DNA of 64,000 bases from an uncultured Actinomycetes bacterium (GTDB taxonomy: Bacteria > Actinomycetota > Thermoleophilia > Gaiellales > JAICJC01), in assembly GCA_963796875.1 (NCBI GenBank), contig CAWCNL010000004.1, positions 203,397 through 267,396 on the forward strand, given 5' to 3'. This document shows positions 1-8,470 of this stretch, piece after piece. Each line of letters begins with the position of its first letter. The stretch's first letter is position 1. Both the position numbers and the translations under genes were made by a program. The notes under the pieces are model-generated. The model was not told the DNA's origin, did not search any database, and worked only from the letters and a program-made list of their open reading frames with translations.

Positions 1-1407
1 GGCGAGGTCGCCCAGCGCGGTGAGCCGCAGGCGGCGATGCCGGTTCTCGGCCGCGCAGGTGTAGAGGAACAGCTCGCGCGCCTCGGGCTGCAGCGCCGCG
101 ATCCGCACCGCCAGCGTGGCGACGTCTGACTGCGTGACCGACCGCGCCGCGACCACCGCCCACGCGCGCTGCTCGTCGAGGGCGAGCTTGGAGGCATCGA
201 CCAGCTTCCACTGCTGGGCGATCACGTTGATGCGCCGCTCCGGATCGTCCGAGACGGGCACGATCCACGAGTCTTCCTTGATGATCGGCTTGGCGGGCTT
301 GCGCCGCCGGCGACGGCGGCTGGGCGGGGGCGTGACCAGTCCACCGGGCCGGTAGGCATCCACGCCCAGCAGCGAGTGCAGCGTGACGGTGCGCTCGGTG
401 TGCGGCGCGCCGGCCTCGGCGAAGTCCACGACGATGCCCGACTCCTTACGGCGGTGCAGGCGCATGATGCGGCCCACCCGCTGCTGATAGATGCGCCGGC
501 TGGCGGTCGGCGCCAGGTGCATGCAGACGGTGGCCCGCGGAGCGTTCCAGCCCTCGGCCAGGATCTGGGCATTGACCAGCACGTCGATCTGACCACGGTC
601 GTAGGCGGCCAGCGTCTCGGCCAGTTCGCGCGGCGGGGTGCGGCCCGAGACGGCCGCGGCGCGCATCCCGATGGCGCGCATGGCCGCGGCCACGCGCCCG
701 GCGTGTTCCACGCCGGCCGCATAGACGATGCCGGGGGTATCGCCAAAACGGCTCTGGTAGAGGTCGGCGGCGGCCAGGTTGAGCGGGTCGAGGTCGAGCG
801 CGGCGGCCAGCTGGCTCTGGTCGAAGTCGCCGCCGACGATGTCGACGTTGCGCACCGACGCGATCGGCTTGATGCGGATGCAGCGCAGCGGCGAGACCAC
901 GCCGCGGCGCACCGCCTCGCCCAGCGGGAAATCGGCCACCTCGGCCGGGAACACGTCGGCCACATGCTTTTGCAGCAGCTGGTCGGTGGCGGTCATGCCG
1001 ATGTAGAGCGGCTCGTTGTATGCGCGGATGGCGGCGGCGGTCTTCTCGCCGAGCGCCGTGTGCGCCTCGTCGCAGACGACCACCGTGTAGACGTCGCGGC
1101 GCAGGTCGGCCGAGTGCTTGATGAACCACGAGTAGGTGTTGATGGTCAGCGGCGGCACATCGGGCACCGGATCGCCGCGCATGATCGGCGGTGACAGCCG
1201 GTCGCGGTATCCCTCGGTGCCCAGGTCGCGCGTGAACTGGTCGACGAGCAGGCGCCGATGGGTAAGGATCAGGATGCCGGTCGAACGCCCCGCCTCGACG
1301 AATCCCGCGGCGGCGATCGTCTTGCCCGAAGCGGTGGGATGCTTGAACCGGTAGCGGCGGCTGGCGCCGGGGTCGGGCGGGGCGGCGTCGGCGGCTCGCC
1401 TCGTCAT
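1..1407 (-). CDS. SF2 DEAD/DEAH-box (type III res-subunit-like) helicase core, partial; runs off the left edge
   Basis: Own minus-strand translation (not in the ORF track because no stop lies in the window): MTRRAADAAPPDPGASRRYRFKHPTASGKT (Walker A at 1318-1341), VVVCDEAH (DEAH box), IGMTATD, QRVGRIMR (motif VI). Confidence 0.85.
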   Translation of the reverse strand, partial: MTRRAADAAPPDPGASRRYRFKHPTASGKTIAAAGFVEAGRSTGILILTHRRLLVDQFTRDLGTEGYRDRLSPPIMRGDPVPDVPPLTINTYSWFIKHSADLRRDVYTVVVCDEAHTALGEKTAAAIRAYNEPLYIGMTATDQLLQKHVADVFPAEVADFPLGEAVRRGVVSPLRCIRIKPIASVRNVDIVGGDFDQSQLAAALDLDPLNLAAADLYQSRFGDTPGIVYAAGVEHAGRVAAAMRAIGMRAAAVSGRTPPRELAETLAAYDRGQIDVLVNAQILAEGWNAPRATVCMHLAPTASRRIYQQRVGRIMRLHRRKESGIVVDFAEAGAPHTERTVTLHSLLGVDAYRPGGLVTPPPSRRRRRRKPAKPIIKEDSWIVPVSDDPERRINVIAQQWKLVDASKLALDEQRAWAVVAARSVTQSDVATLAVRIAALQPEARELFLYTCAAENRHRRLRLTALGDLA

Positions 1408-2015
1408 CGATCTCGTCGACGCCGAGCAGGCTGGGGTCGGCGCTGGCCACCGGATCTGGCGGGTCGTGCGACGGCGGATTCGGAGTCGTCGTCGTCCTCG
1501 TCGTACTCCTCGGTCTCGTCATCGTCGTCTTCTGGGTCGTACGCCGACTCCTCAGACTCGAGCACGATCTCGCCGAGTTCGGCGGTGTCGTCGTCGTCAT
1601 CCTCGTCGCCGTTGGTGCTCTCGTCCGGCTCGACCACGCGCTGCAGGTCGCCGATCAGTGCCGCGAGCTGTCCGGCCAGCGCGTCGACCTGGTGGCGGCG
1701 CAGCGTGGTGCCCGAAGCGAGCTTGGGCTGAGACTCCGACAGCACCCGCTCGAGGCCGAGCACCAGCGAGAAGTCGCGCGACCATTCGAAGCTGGGGTAC
1801 AGCGCCCCGCGGTCGATCTCGGCGAGCGCCGCGTCCAGCGCAGCGCGGCGCACGGTACCCGTCGCCAATGCATCGGCGGGGTCCTCGCCTTCGTGCAGAA
1901 ACGGCTCGCCACACCAAGCAGCTGCTGAGTGCGCGGCCGCTTCAAGGTCAGCCTCGAAGCGTAAAGTCATGTGGTCTGGTGGCTGCGGGCTTTCAGGGCG
2001 CCAAAACGGCGACAC
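1404..2015 (-). CDS. Helicase N-terminal module (RRHQ motif plus long poly-acidic insert). Separate frame, ATGA overlap with the helicase core
   Basis: ORF track 203 aa: TLRRHQVDALAGQLAAL, then a D/E-rich tract (DEDDDDDTAE...DDDDETEEYDEDDDD). Its stop TGA (1406-1404) overlaps the ATG (1407-1405) of the core ORF. A likelier internal start is the ATG at 1970. Confidence 0.5.
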   Translation of the reverse strand: MSPFWRPESPQPPDHMTLRFEADLEAAAHSAAAWCGEPFLHEGEDPADALATGTVRRAALDAALAEIDRGALYPSFEWSRDFSLVLGLERVLSESQPKLASGTTLRRHQVDALAGQLAALIGDLQRVVEPDESTNGDEDDDDDTAELGEIVLESEESAYDPEDDDDETEEYDEDDDDSESAVARPARSGGQRRPQPARRRRDR

Positions 2016-2057
2016 CAGCAGTCGGCATGCAGTCTACTGTATTTCCCCGGACGGCGA

Positions 2058-2848
2058 TTACATGAGCGCCGAGCGCACGAGCGCGCCCAGCGGCCGTGCG
2101 AGGCCGGGTGTCGAGGCGAACACGCCGCCGTCACCGGAATCGTCGATCGGGTCGAGCCGTTCGACCACCCCTCCGGCCTCTGTCACGAGTAATTCACCGG
2201 CAGCACGGTCCCAGATCTTGAGGGGGACTTCGTAGTAGGCGTCGATGCGGCCTGCCGCAACCCAGGCCAGATCGAGGGCGGCCGATCCGCCGCGGCGTAC
2301 GTCGCGCACGCGCGCGAGGAGTTCAGCGGTGGCCCGGCCCTGACGCACGCGAGGCTCCGGCGCATAGGATATCCGGTGGCCAGGAGCGCCCACTCGGGAC
2401 GATCCTCGGCGCCGTGACCGAGATCGGCTGCGCCGTTCAGAGTGGCGCCGGCGCCGCGGCCGGCGGCGAACAGCTCGTCGCGGGTGGGGTCGTACACCAC
2501 GCCCACCATCCAGCCCTCGTCGTCCTGCACGGCGATCGACACCGCCCAGGCCGGATAGCCGTAGAGGTAGTTGGTGGTGCCGTCCAGCGGATCGATCACC
2601 CAGCGCAGACCCGAACCGCCGGCGGTGCCTCCCCCCTCCTCGCCCAGGATCGCATCGTTGGGCCGCTCGCGCGCAAGCGTGGCGCGCAGCAGCGCCTCGG
2701 CGTCGCGGTCGGCGTCGGACACCAGGTCGATCGCCGTCGATTTGGTGTCGACGCCGCGGGCCGGGCCGCCGAAGCGCTCGAGCAGCAGGGCGCCCGCATC
2801 GCGCGCCATTTCGACGGCGAGGGGCAGCAGGCTTTCCGGCACAGACAC
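2058..2848 (-). pseudogene. Inositol monophosphatase family protein (SuhB/ImpA-like), frame break near 2385
   Basis: The N-terminal two-thirds lie in the tail of ORF 2183..3790 ([22 protein letters not shown]). The C-terminus lies in ORF 2058..2393 ([20 protein letters not shown]). The join ...LLATG / SYAPEPR needs a 1-nt shift. GTG starts at 2848/2842. Confidence 0.85.
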
Positions 2849-2971
2849 GCCCGGGAGTCTAGAGCCGCCGTCAGCGTGCCGGAGACCGATTGGAGACGAT
2901 TTTGAAAATACCGCAGAAAAGCGCTGGTATTTGCGTGGTTCTTGGGGCAAACTTGAGCCGTGGGCAAGTTC

Positions 2972-3100
2972 ATGAGGAAATTGCGGGAGCGGCGCACCGA
3001 GCGCCGGCTGTCGCGGGAGCTGGAGTTGCGCTTCCGCGAACAGCTGGACGCCCGGGCTGTCGCTGCCAATCGCCTGAGCGACGAGACACACGCGGGCTGA
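2972..3100 (+). CDS. Possible small basic protein (42 aa; GTG alternative at 2960)
   Basis: Own translation: MRKLRERRTERRLSRELELRFREQLDARAVAANRLSDETHAG*. Followed 10 nt later by the 33-bp palindrome. Too short for the ORF track. Confidence 0.25.
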   Translation: MRKLRERRTERRLSRELELRFREQLDARAVAANRLSDETHAG

Positions 3101-3109
3101 GATCGCTGA

Positions 3110-3142
3110 CTGCAACAAACGTGCCTGGCACGTTTGTTGCAG
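3110..3142. repeat. 33-bp near-perfect palindrome, copy 1 (core GCAACAAACGTGCC-N-GGCACGTTTGTTGC)
   Basis: ctgcaacaaacgtgcc t ggcacgtttgttgcag read directly. The same 14-bp arms recur at 4520-4550. Confidence 0.9.
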
Positions 3143-3163
3143 TCCGGGGCTCATGCTGCCCCG

Positions 3164-3622
3164 ATGGCTCGGCTGGTCTACGCGCGCATCTCGGAGACGC
3201 TCCTGGGCGGGCCCATGCCCTACACCGAGCGCCACGTGCGCAACCTGAGCGATGAGGGCGTGACCGCGGTGATCAACCTGTGCGAGGACAGCGAGTACTG
3301 GTCGGGCGAACGCGAGCTGGTCGGCGAGCAGTACCGCAGCGTAGGGATCGTCGAGCACCGCCTGGCCGTGCGCGACGGCGCGACCGTCCCGCCACACGTG
3401 CTCGATTCGGCCGTCGAGGTGGCCGCCGCGGGCGGAACGGTGTACGTGCACTGCCGCGGCGGACGCGAGCGCTCGGCCACTGTGTGCGCCGCGATCGTCT
3501 CGCACGCCGAGCGGCTCGACGCGGCCGCAGCCGTGCGCCGCGCACAGGCCGCCAATCCGGTATTCAAGCCGTTGCCGTGGCAGGTGCAGGCGCTCGAGCA
3601 GTGGGCGCTGACCCGCTCTTGA
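3164..3622 (+). CDS. Dual-specificity / Cys-based protein phosphatase
   Basis: ORF 3134..3622. Active-site loop VHCRGGRERS (HCxxGxxRS). Likely start MARLVYARI at 3164. Confidence 0.8.
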   Translation: MARLVYARISETLLGGPMPYTERHVRNLSDEGVTAVINLCEDSEYWSGERELVGEQYRSVGIVEHRLAVRDGATVPPHVLDSAVEVAAAGGTVYVHCRGGRERSATVCAAIVSHAERLDAAAAVRRAQAANPVFKPLPWQVQALEQWALTRS

Positions 3623-3827
3623 GCCACTGCGGTTTCCAGGAATTGGGGTAGAATCGGCGCCGCTCTGATCTGTCTCCCGCCGCGCGTCCGCGCGCGAGCC
3701 GGTACTGGACCCACCGGGGGAGACCGTTGTCCGGCGGCCCACCGGACAGCATGACGGGGCCGCCTCCCCGGAGACGGCCCCGTCTTCCACGCTTTGACGT
3801 ATTTTTCGTGTTGGTGCTCAAGATCGC

Positions 3828-4511
3828 GTGGATCGTGGGCGATCCTGGGGAATGCCTCCTCGTATGACCCCTTTCGAGTTCAACCACACGCTCGCGCGGC
3901 TGCGCGAACACCTGCACACCGCGTTCACTGCAGCGGCGGCTCTGGGGCTGCTCGCCGTGGCCGCGCTGGTGGCGCACGGTTTCACGCGTGTGATCGCACC
4001 TCGCATGTCGAGCACCGTGGCGGTGCTCGCGGGTGCCGCCTGCGGCGTCGCGCTGCTGGTGGCCTGGTACGTGTCGATGCAGCGGCGAGATGTGTACGAC
4101 GCCATCGTGCTGGCCCGCTTCCGCCATGTCGGCGGCGACGCGGTCAGGCGCCACGCCGCGAAGCTGGTCGATGAGCGCTGCCGCCGCCAGCTGGCAACCG
4201 CGATCAGCCGGGTGGTCGAGAACGCCGACGTGGGCCTGCCGTCCGCTGTTCCGATCGACCGCCTGGCCGTGCGCGGCTCGCGCCTGCAGCTCAGTGCGCT
4301 GGCTGCCGGCCTGCGCGACCCGAATCGCGAAGTGCAGGCGCACGGCATGGTGCTCGTGCGGCGTCTGATCACCAACGGCGCTCGCAGTCCCCTCTACTAC
4401 CACGAGGGCGAGAGCGACGCACTGGAGCGCGAGCTCGACCGCATCAACCGCGAGCTATGGGCGATCGAGGCCGAGGCCGTCGCCGAGCACGAATACACGC
4501 TCGCCGCATAA
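3828..4511 (+). CDS. Hypothetical membrane protein (two hydrophobic helices, soluble C-terminal domain)
   Basis: ORF track 227 aa with hydrophobic segments AAALGLLAVAALVAHGF and VAVLAGAACGVALLVAWYV. Codon bias is consistent with coding. Start uncertain (3828/3852/3864). Confidence 0.6.
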   Translation: MDRGRSWGMPPRMTPFEFNHTLARLREHLHTAFTAAAALGLLAVAALVAHGFTRVIAPRMSSTVAVLAGAACGVALLVAWYVSMQRRDVYDAIVLARFRHVGGDAVRRHAAKLVDERCRRQLATAISRVVENADVGLPSAVPIDRLAVRGSRLQLSALAAGLRDPNREVQAHGMVLVRRLITNGARSPLYYHEGESDALERELDRINRELWAIEAEAVAEHEYTLAA

Positions 4512-4519
4512 CGCACGAA

Positions 4520-4550
4520 CGCAACAAACGTGCCAGGCACGTTTGTTGCG
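4520..4550. repeat. 31-bp perfect palindrome, copy 2 of the GCAACAAACGTGCC element
   Basis: cgcaacaaacgtgcc a ggcacgtttgttgcg, sited between convergent genes (4511 end, 4567 end). Confidence 0.9.
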
Positions 4551-4566
4551 TTTGTAGGCGATGGAG

Positions 4567-5742
4567 CTAGGTGTCGAGCAGCTTCTCCACACCGCGCCGC
4601 TCGAGCCCGCGGGCGATCACCAGCCTCTGGATCTCGGAGGTGCCCTCCCAGATGCGATCGACGCGCAGTTCGCGCCACAGCCGCTCCACCGGGTTCTCGC
4701 GCATGTAGCCGCGGCCACCGAAGATCTGCAGCACCCGGTCGGACACGCGCCCGGCCGTCTCGGAGGCGATCAGCTTGGCCATCGACGCCTTGTGGTGCAC
4801 CAGCTTGCGATCGGCGCCCGAGTCGTACAGCCAGCCGACGTAGTAGGTCAGAAGCCGCGCCGCCTGCACCTCGGCTGCACAGTCGGCCAGCGCGAATGAC
4901 ACCGCCTGGTGGTCGAAGATCCGGCTGCCGAACTGCTCACGCTCGAGCGCCCACTCCGTGCCCAGCTCGATCAGCCGGTTGCAGGCACCGATGCAGCGCG
5001 CCGCGATGTGCACGCGCTCCTCGATGAACCACTCGCCGGTGAGCGTGAACCCCTCCCCCACCTCGCCCAGGATGTTCGCGGCAGGCACCGGAGTGTTGGT
5101 GAACGTGAACTCGGGATGCCGGTAGGGAAAGTTGTGGGTGAAGTCGGGGTCGGCCGTCATCTCGACGCCCGGCGAATCCTTGTCGACCAGAAACAGCGTG
5201 GGCTGGCGATCGATGCCGTCCACCGCCCAGGCCAGCACGATGAAGTAGCTCGCCACGTCGCCGTCGGTCACAAACCACTTGGTGCCGGAGAGCTCGTAGT
5301 TGCCGTCCGCCGTCTTGACCGCCTCGGCCTTGATGGCGCGCGGATCGGAGCCCGCGTCGGACTCGGTGATCGCGAAGGCATGCCGGTGGTCGTTGCGCAC
5401 GTCGGGCAGCAGGTAGCGCTCGATCTGCTCGGGCGTGCCGTGCACGAGCACGTTCGAGGGGCTCCACACCAGTACCCACAGGCAGTTGGTGAGGCGGCCC
5501 AGCTGCTCGTGAGTGACGATCTGCTCGGTCAGGTTGAACCCGCCGCCGCCGAACTCCTTGGGGATGTTGTTGGCGCCGAGGCCGGCGGCCTGGATCGCCG
5601 CCTTGGCCTTGGCGTGAGACTCGGCCGACAGCCGCCCGTGGCTCTGCTCTGCCTCCAGCTCGAGCGGCTGCAGATGTTCGTCCACCAGCGTTCGCACGCG
5701 GGCGCGCAGATCGCGAAGCTCGGGGCTGAGAGTGAAGTCCAT
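4567..5742 (-). CDS. Acyl-CoA dehydrogenase
   Basis: 391-aa ORF with the typical ACAD layout and C-terminal IFGGRGYMRENPVERLWRELRVDRIWEGTSEIQR. Confidence 0.95.
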   Translation of the reverse strand: MDFTLSPELRDLRARVRTLVDEHLQPLELEAEQSHGRLSAESHAKAKAAIQAAGLGANNIPKEFGGGGFNLTEQIVTHEQLGRLTNCLWVLVWSPSNVLVHGTPEQIERYLLPDVRNDHRHAFAITESDAGSDPRAIKAEAVKTADGNYELSGTKWFVTDGDVASYFIVLAWAVDGIDRQPTLFLVDKDSPGVEMTADPDFTHNFPYRHPEFTFTNTPVPAANILGEVGEGFTLTGEWFIEERVHIAARCIGACNRLIELGTEWALEREQFGSRIFDHQAVSFALADCAAEVQAARLLTYYVGWLYDSGADRKLVHHKASMAKLIASETAGRVSDRVLQIFGGRGYMRENPVERLWRELRVDRIWEGTSEIQRLVIARGLERRGVEKLLDT

Positions 5743-5763
5743 AGAGCGATGCCTTTCGGGTGG

Positions 5764-6870
5764 TTAGGTGGCGATCGGACGCAGCGCGGCGGCCGATCCG
5801 CCGAATACGAGGGCCGCCGGTACGTGTTCGGGATCGACCCCCAGCAGATGTGGATGATCGAGGATAACCTCAACCTCAGGTAGAGGGTGAGTTAGCCCGA
5901 GTGCGCGGGCGCCGTTGGCCGACCCGATGTCGAGCAGATACTCGGTCGGCCCGGTGCCCCCCGGCGGCACGAGCACGTTGCGCCGCTGCGCGTCGCGGCG
6001 GGCGATCGCCTCGACCTCGCGCACCTCGACGATCGGATCGATGATGGTGTTGGAGTCCGACCCGATGCAGATCGGGATCCCCCGCTCGAACATGCGCAGG
6101 GCCGGCAGAAACCCGTCGCCCAGGTTCGCCTCGGTGGTGGGGCAGGCGCACACCGTCGCCCCGGCCTGAGCGATCAGATCGAGCTCGGCGTCGGTCACGT
6201 GGGTGACGTGGATCAAGGTGGTGCGGCTCGAGAGAATGCCCACCTCGGCCAGAAGCTCGATGGGCCGCACGCCGTACTCCTCGAGGCACTCCTCGATCTC
6301 GCGCAGCTGCTCGTTGGCGTGGATGTGGATCACCATCTCGCGCGCCTCCGCGTGCGCGGCGATCCGCTCGAGCCACGGCCGCGGCACCGCCCGCACGCTG
6401 TGCGGAGCAAGTCCGACCTGGGTCAGCTCGGACAGCTCGTCCACCCGCTCCAGGTACGCGTCGATCGACGGGTCGCAGAACCGCCGCTGTCCGGCGCTGG
6501 GCGGCTTTCCCTGCCCCCCGCGCTCGTAGGCGGTCTCCAGCAGCACCAGCTCGATGCCGGCGTCCTGGGCCGCGGCGATCACCGCCTTGGACATCGCGTT
6601 TCGGTCGGCGTAGGGCTCGCCGCCGGGCTGGTGGTGCGGGTAGTGGAACTCGCCCACCGCCACGTAGCCCGCTCCGACCATCTCCTGGTAGGCGGCGCGG
6701 CACACGGCGTGAATCGAGTCGGGGTCGAGCGCTCCGGCGGCGGCATACATCGCCTCGCGCCACGACCAGAAATCGTCGTGGGGATGGGCCGGATCGACCC
6801 GCTCGACCAGGCCGCGCATTCCGCGCTGGAATGCATGTGAATGTGCGTTGACGAACCCAGGAAGTCGCAT
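5764..6870 (-). CDS. Amidohydrolase-superfamily deaminase (formimidoylglutamate deiminase / guanine deaminase-like), N-terminally short
   Basis: 368 aa with the HxH metal motif close to the start (VNAHSHAFQRGMRG), plus HANE and GSDS motifs. The family normally has about 50 more N-terminal residues. Confidence 0.8.
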   Translation of the reverse strand: MRLPGFVNAHSHAFQRGMRGLVERVDPAHPHDDFWSWREAMYAAAGALDPDSIHAVCRAAYQEMVGAGYVAVGEFHYPHHQPGGEPYADRNAMSKAVIAAAQDAGIELVLLETAYERGGQGKPPSAGQRRFCDPSIDAYLERVDELSELTQVGLAPHSVRAVPRPWLERIAAHAEAREMVIHIHANEQLREIEECLEEYGVRPIELLAEVGILSSRTTLIHVTHVTDAELDLIAQAGATVCACPTTEANLGDGFLPALRMFERGIPICIGSDSNTIIDPIVEVREVEAIARRDAQRRNVLVPPGGTGPTEYLLDIGSANGARALGLTHPLPEVEVILDHPHLLGVDPEHVPAALVFGGSAAALRPIAT

Positions 6871-8081
6871 GGCCGCGTATTGTCACACGAACGTGGCAGA
6901 CATCGATCCACACAGGTTCTGGGGCTGGTTCGACCAGCTCGCCGAGATCGGCCGCACCGACACGGGCTGGAACCGCGTCGCGTGGACGCCGCTCGAGGCC
7001 GAGGCGCGCACGTGGTTCACCGCCGCGGCCGAGGAGATCGGCCTGGAGGTGCGGCGCGACGGCGCCGGCACGCTCTGGGCGGTCACCCCCGATGCCGACG
7101 AGGGCCCGTGGGTATGCGCCGGGTCGCACCTGGACACCCAGCCCAACGGCGGTGCCTACGACGGCGCGCTGGGCGTGGTCAGCGCACTCGAAGCCGCTGC
7201 GGCGCTGCTCGACTCCGGCGTGAAGCGGCGCCACCCGCTGGCGGTCGTGTCGTTCGTGGACGAGGAGGGTGCCCGCTTTCGGGTGGCCTGCTTTGCGAGC
7301 CTCGCGATCACCGGCGGGCTCGACATCGACCACGTACTCGAGGCGATGGGCGACGCACCCCAGATCTACGACGTGACCGCCGAGTCGCTGCGCGCCGCGC
7401 CCGCGCAGCTCGCCCGCGTGCGCTCGATGCTGGAGGTGCACGTCGAGCAGGGTGTGAGCCTGGTCGAGCGCGACCTGGCGGTGGGAATCGCCACGGTGCT
7501 CACCCCCCGGCAGCGGTGGAAGGTCGAGTTCTTCGGCGCCGCCAACCACGCCGGCACGACGATGATGCCGGGCCGCCGCGACGCCCTGGTGGCCGCCGCG
7601 CCGTTCGTGCTGGAGGTCGACCGGGTGGCCCGCGCCCACCCCGGTGCGGTCGGCACGGTCGGCAAGGTCGAGGTCGTGCCGGGCTCGACCAACTCGATTC
7701 CCGGCCATGTGACGGTCTCGCTCGACGTGCGCGCACCCGAGCTCGCCACCGTCGAGGAGATGGTGGACACGCTGCGCGACCGGTTCGGCGAGGCGCACGT
7801 TCTCGCTCGAGGCGCGCAACGACGGCGCGACGTTCGATCCCGTCCTGCGCGCGATGCTCTCCGAGGCGGCGCAGCGGCGCGGGATCGCCGCCGGCGACCT
7901 GCCCTCGTATGCGGGCCACGATTCGGGCATCCTCGCGCCGCATGTGCCTGCGGCGATGGTGTTCGTCCGCAACCCGACCGGCGCGAGCCACACGCCGGAG
8001 GAGTCCGCCGAGCGGGAGGACTGCGAGGCCGGCGTGCAGGTGCTGACCGACGCGCTCGAGGCCGCGCTGACAACCAGTTGA
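6869..8081 (+). pseudogene. M20-family amidase (allantoate amidohydrolase / N-carbamoyl-L-amino-acid hydrolase type), frame break near 7797
   Basis: ORF 6848..8095 is good up to ...RDRFGEAHV. The true C-terminus is in ORF 7854..8081 (YAGHDSGILAPHVPAAMVFVRNPTGASHTPEE). The bridging frame reads FSLEARNDGATFDPVLRAMLSEAA. Confidence 0.85.
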
Positions 8082-8246
8082 CGGCCTGTGGGTAACCCTG
8101 TGGACATCCGCGTTTCGGCATGGTGAACGTCCCAATCGTCACCTGACAATCCCGCAGATTGCGCGAAATTCGCAACGCATTTCGCAGATGCGGGTTGACG
8201 CATACCTGTGGAAAAGCGCACGATCGTTCTCCACCCCCTACGCCCT

Positions 8247-8282
8247 GGCCGGACTCGGCCCATTTGCTCTCTGAGTCCGGCC
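8247..8282. repeat. Hairpin: perfect 10-bp stem (GGCCGGACTC / GAGTCCGGCC), 16-nt loop
   Basis: Read directly. Lies in the intergenic region between the amidase and the RCC1 gene. Confidence 0.8.
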
Positions 8283-8308
8283 CGGGTGGTGGTGGGTGAA
8301 GCACAGAG

Positions 8309-8390
8309 GGGGTCAGCCACCTTTTATGCATGGGCAGGCGTTTGGTTGCAAGACTCGGCATCCGCCCATGCACAAAAGGTGGCTGACCCC
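8309..8390. repeat. Long inverted repeat: 27-bp arms (26/27 match), 28-nt spacer
   Basis: Left arm ggggtcagccaccttttatgcatgggc (8309-8335). Right arm gcccatgcacaaaaggtggctgacccc (8364-8390). Confidence 0.85.
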
Positions 8391-8470
8391 TTTATGCACT
8401 CTGATGCGTTGGCAACAGCTGTTACGACGTGTACGATCGTGGCGGTACCCAAGCTGGGAGGGGTTGGAAA

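Noticed and set aside
5876-8320. Very long ORFs in the track, mostly antisense to or out of frame with real genes. Examples: 5876..8320 (814 aa), 2183..3790 upstream part, 20064..21623 (519 aa), 25705..27105 upstream part, 446..1600, 39937..40830.
   Set aside because: They are Arg/Pro/Gly/Ala-rich low-complexity translations typical of stop-poor alternative frames in very high-GC DNA. Each overlaps a gene with clear family motifs on another frame or strand.
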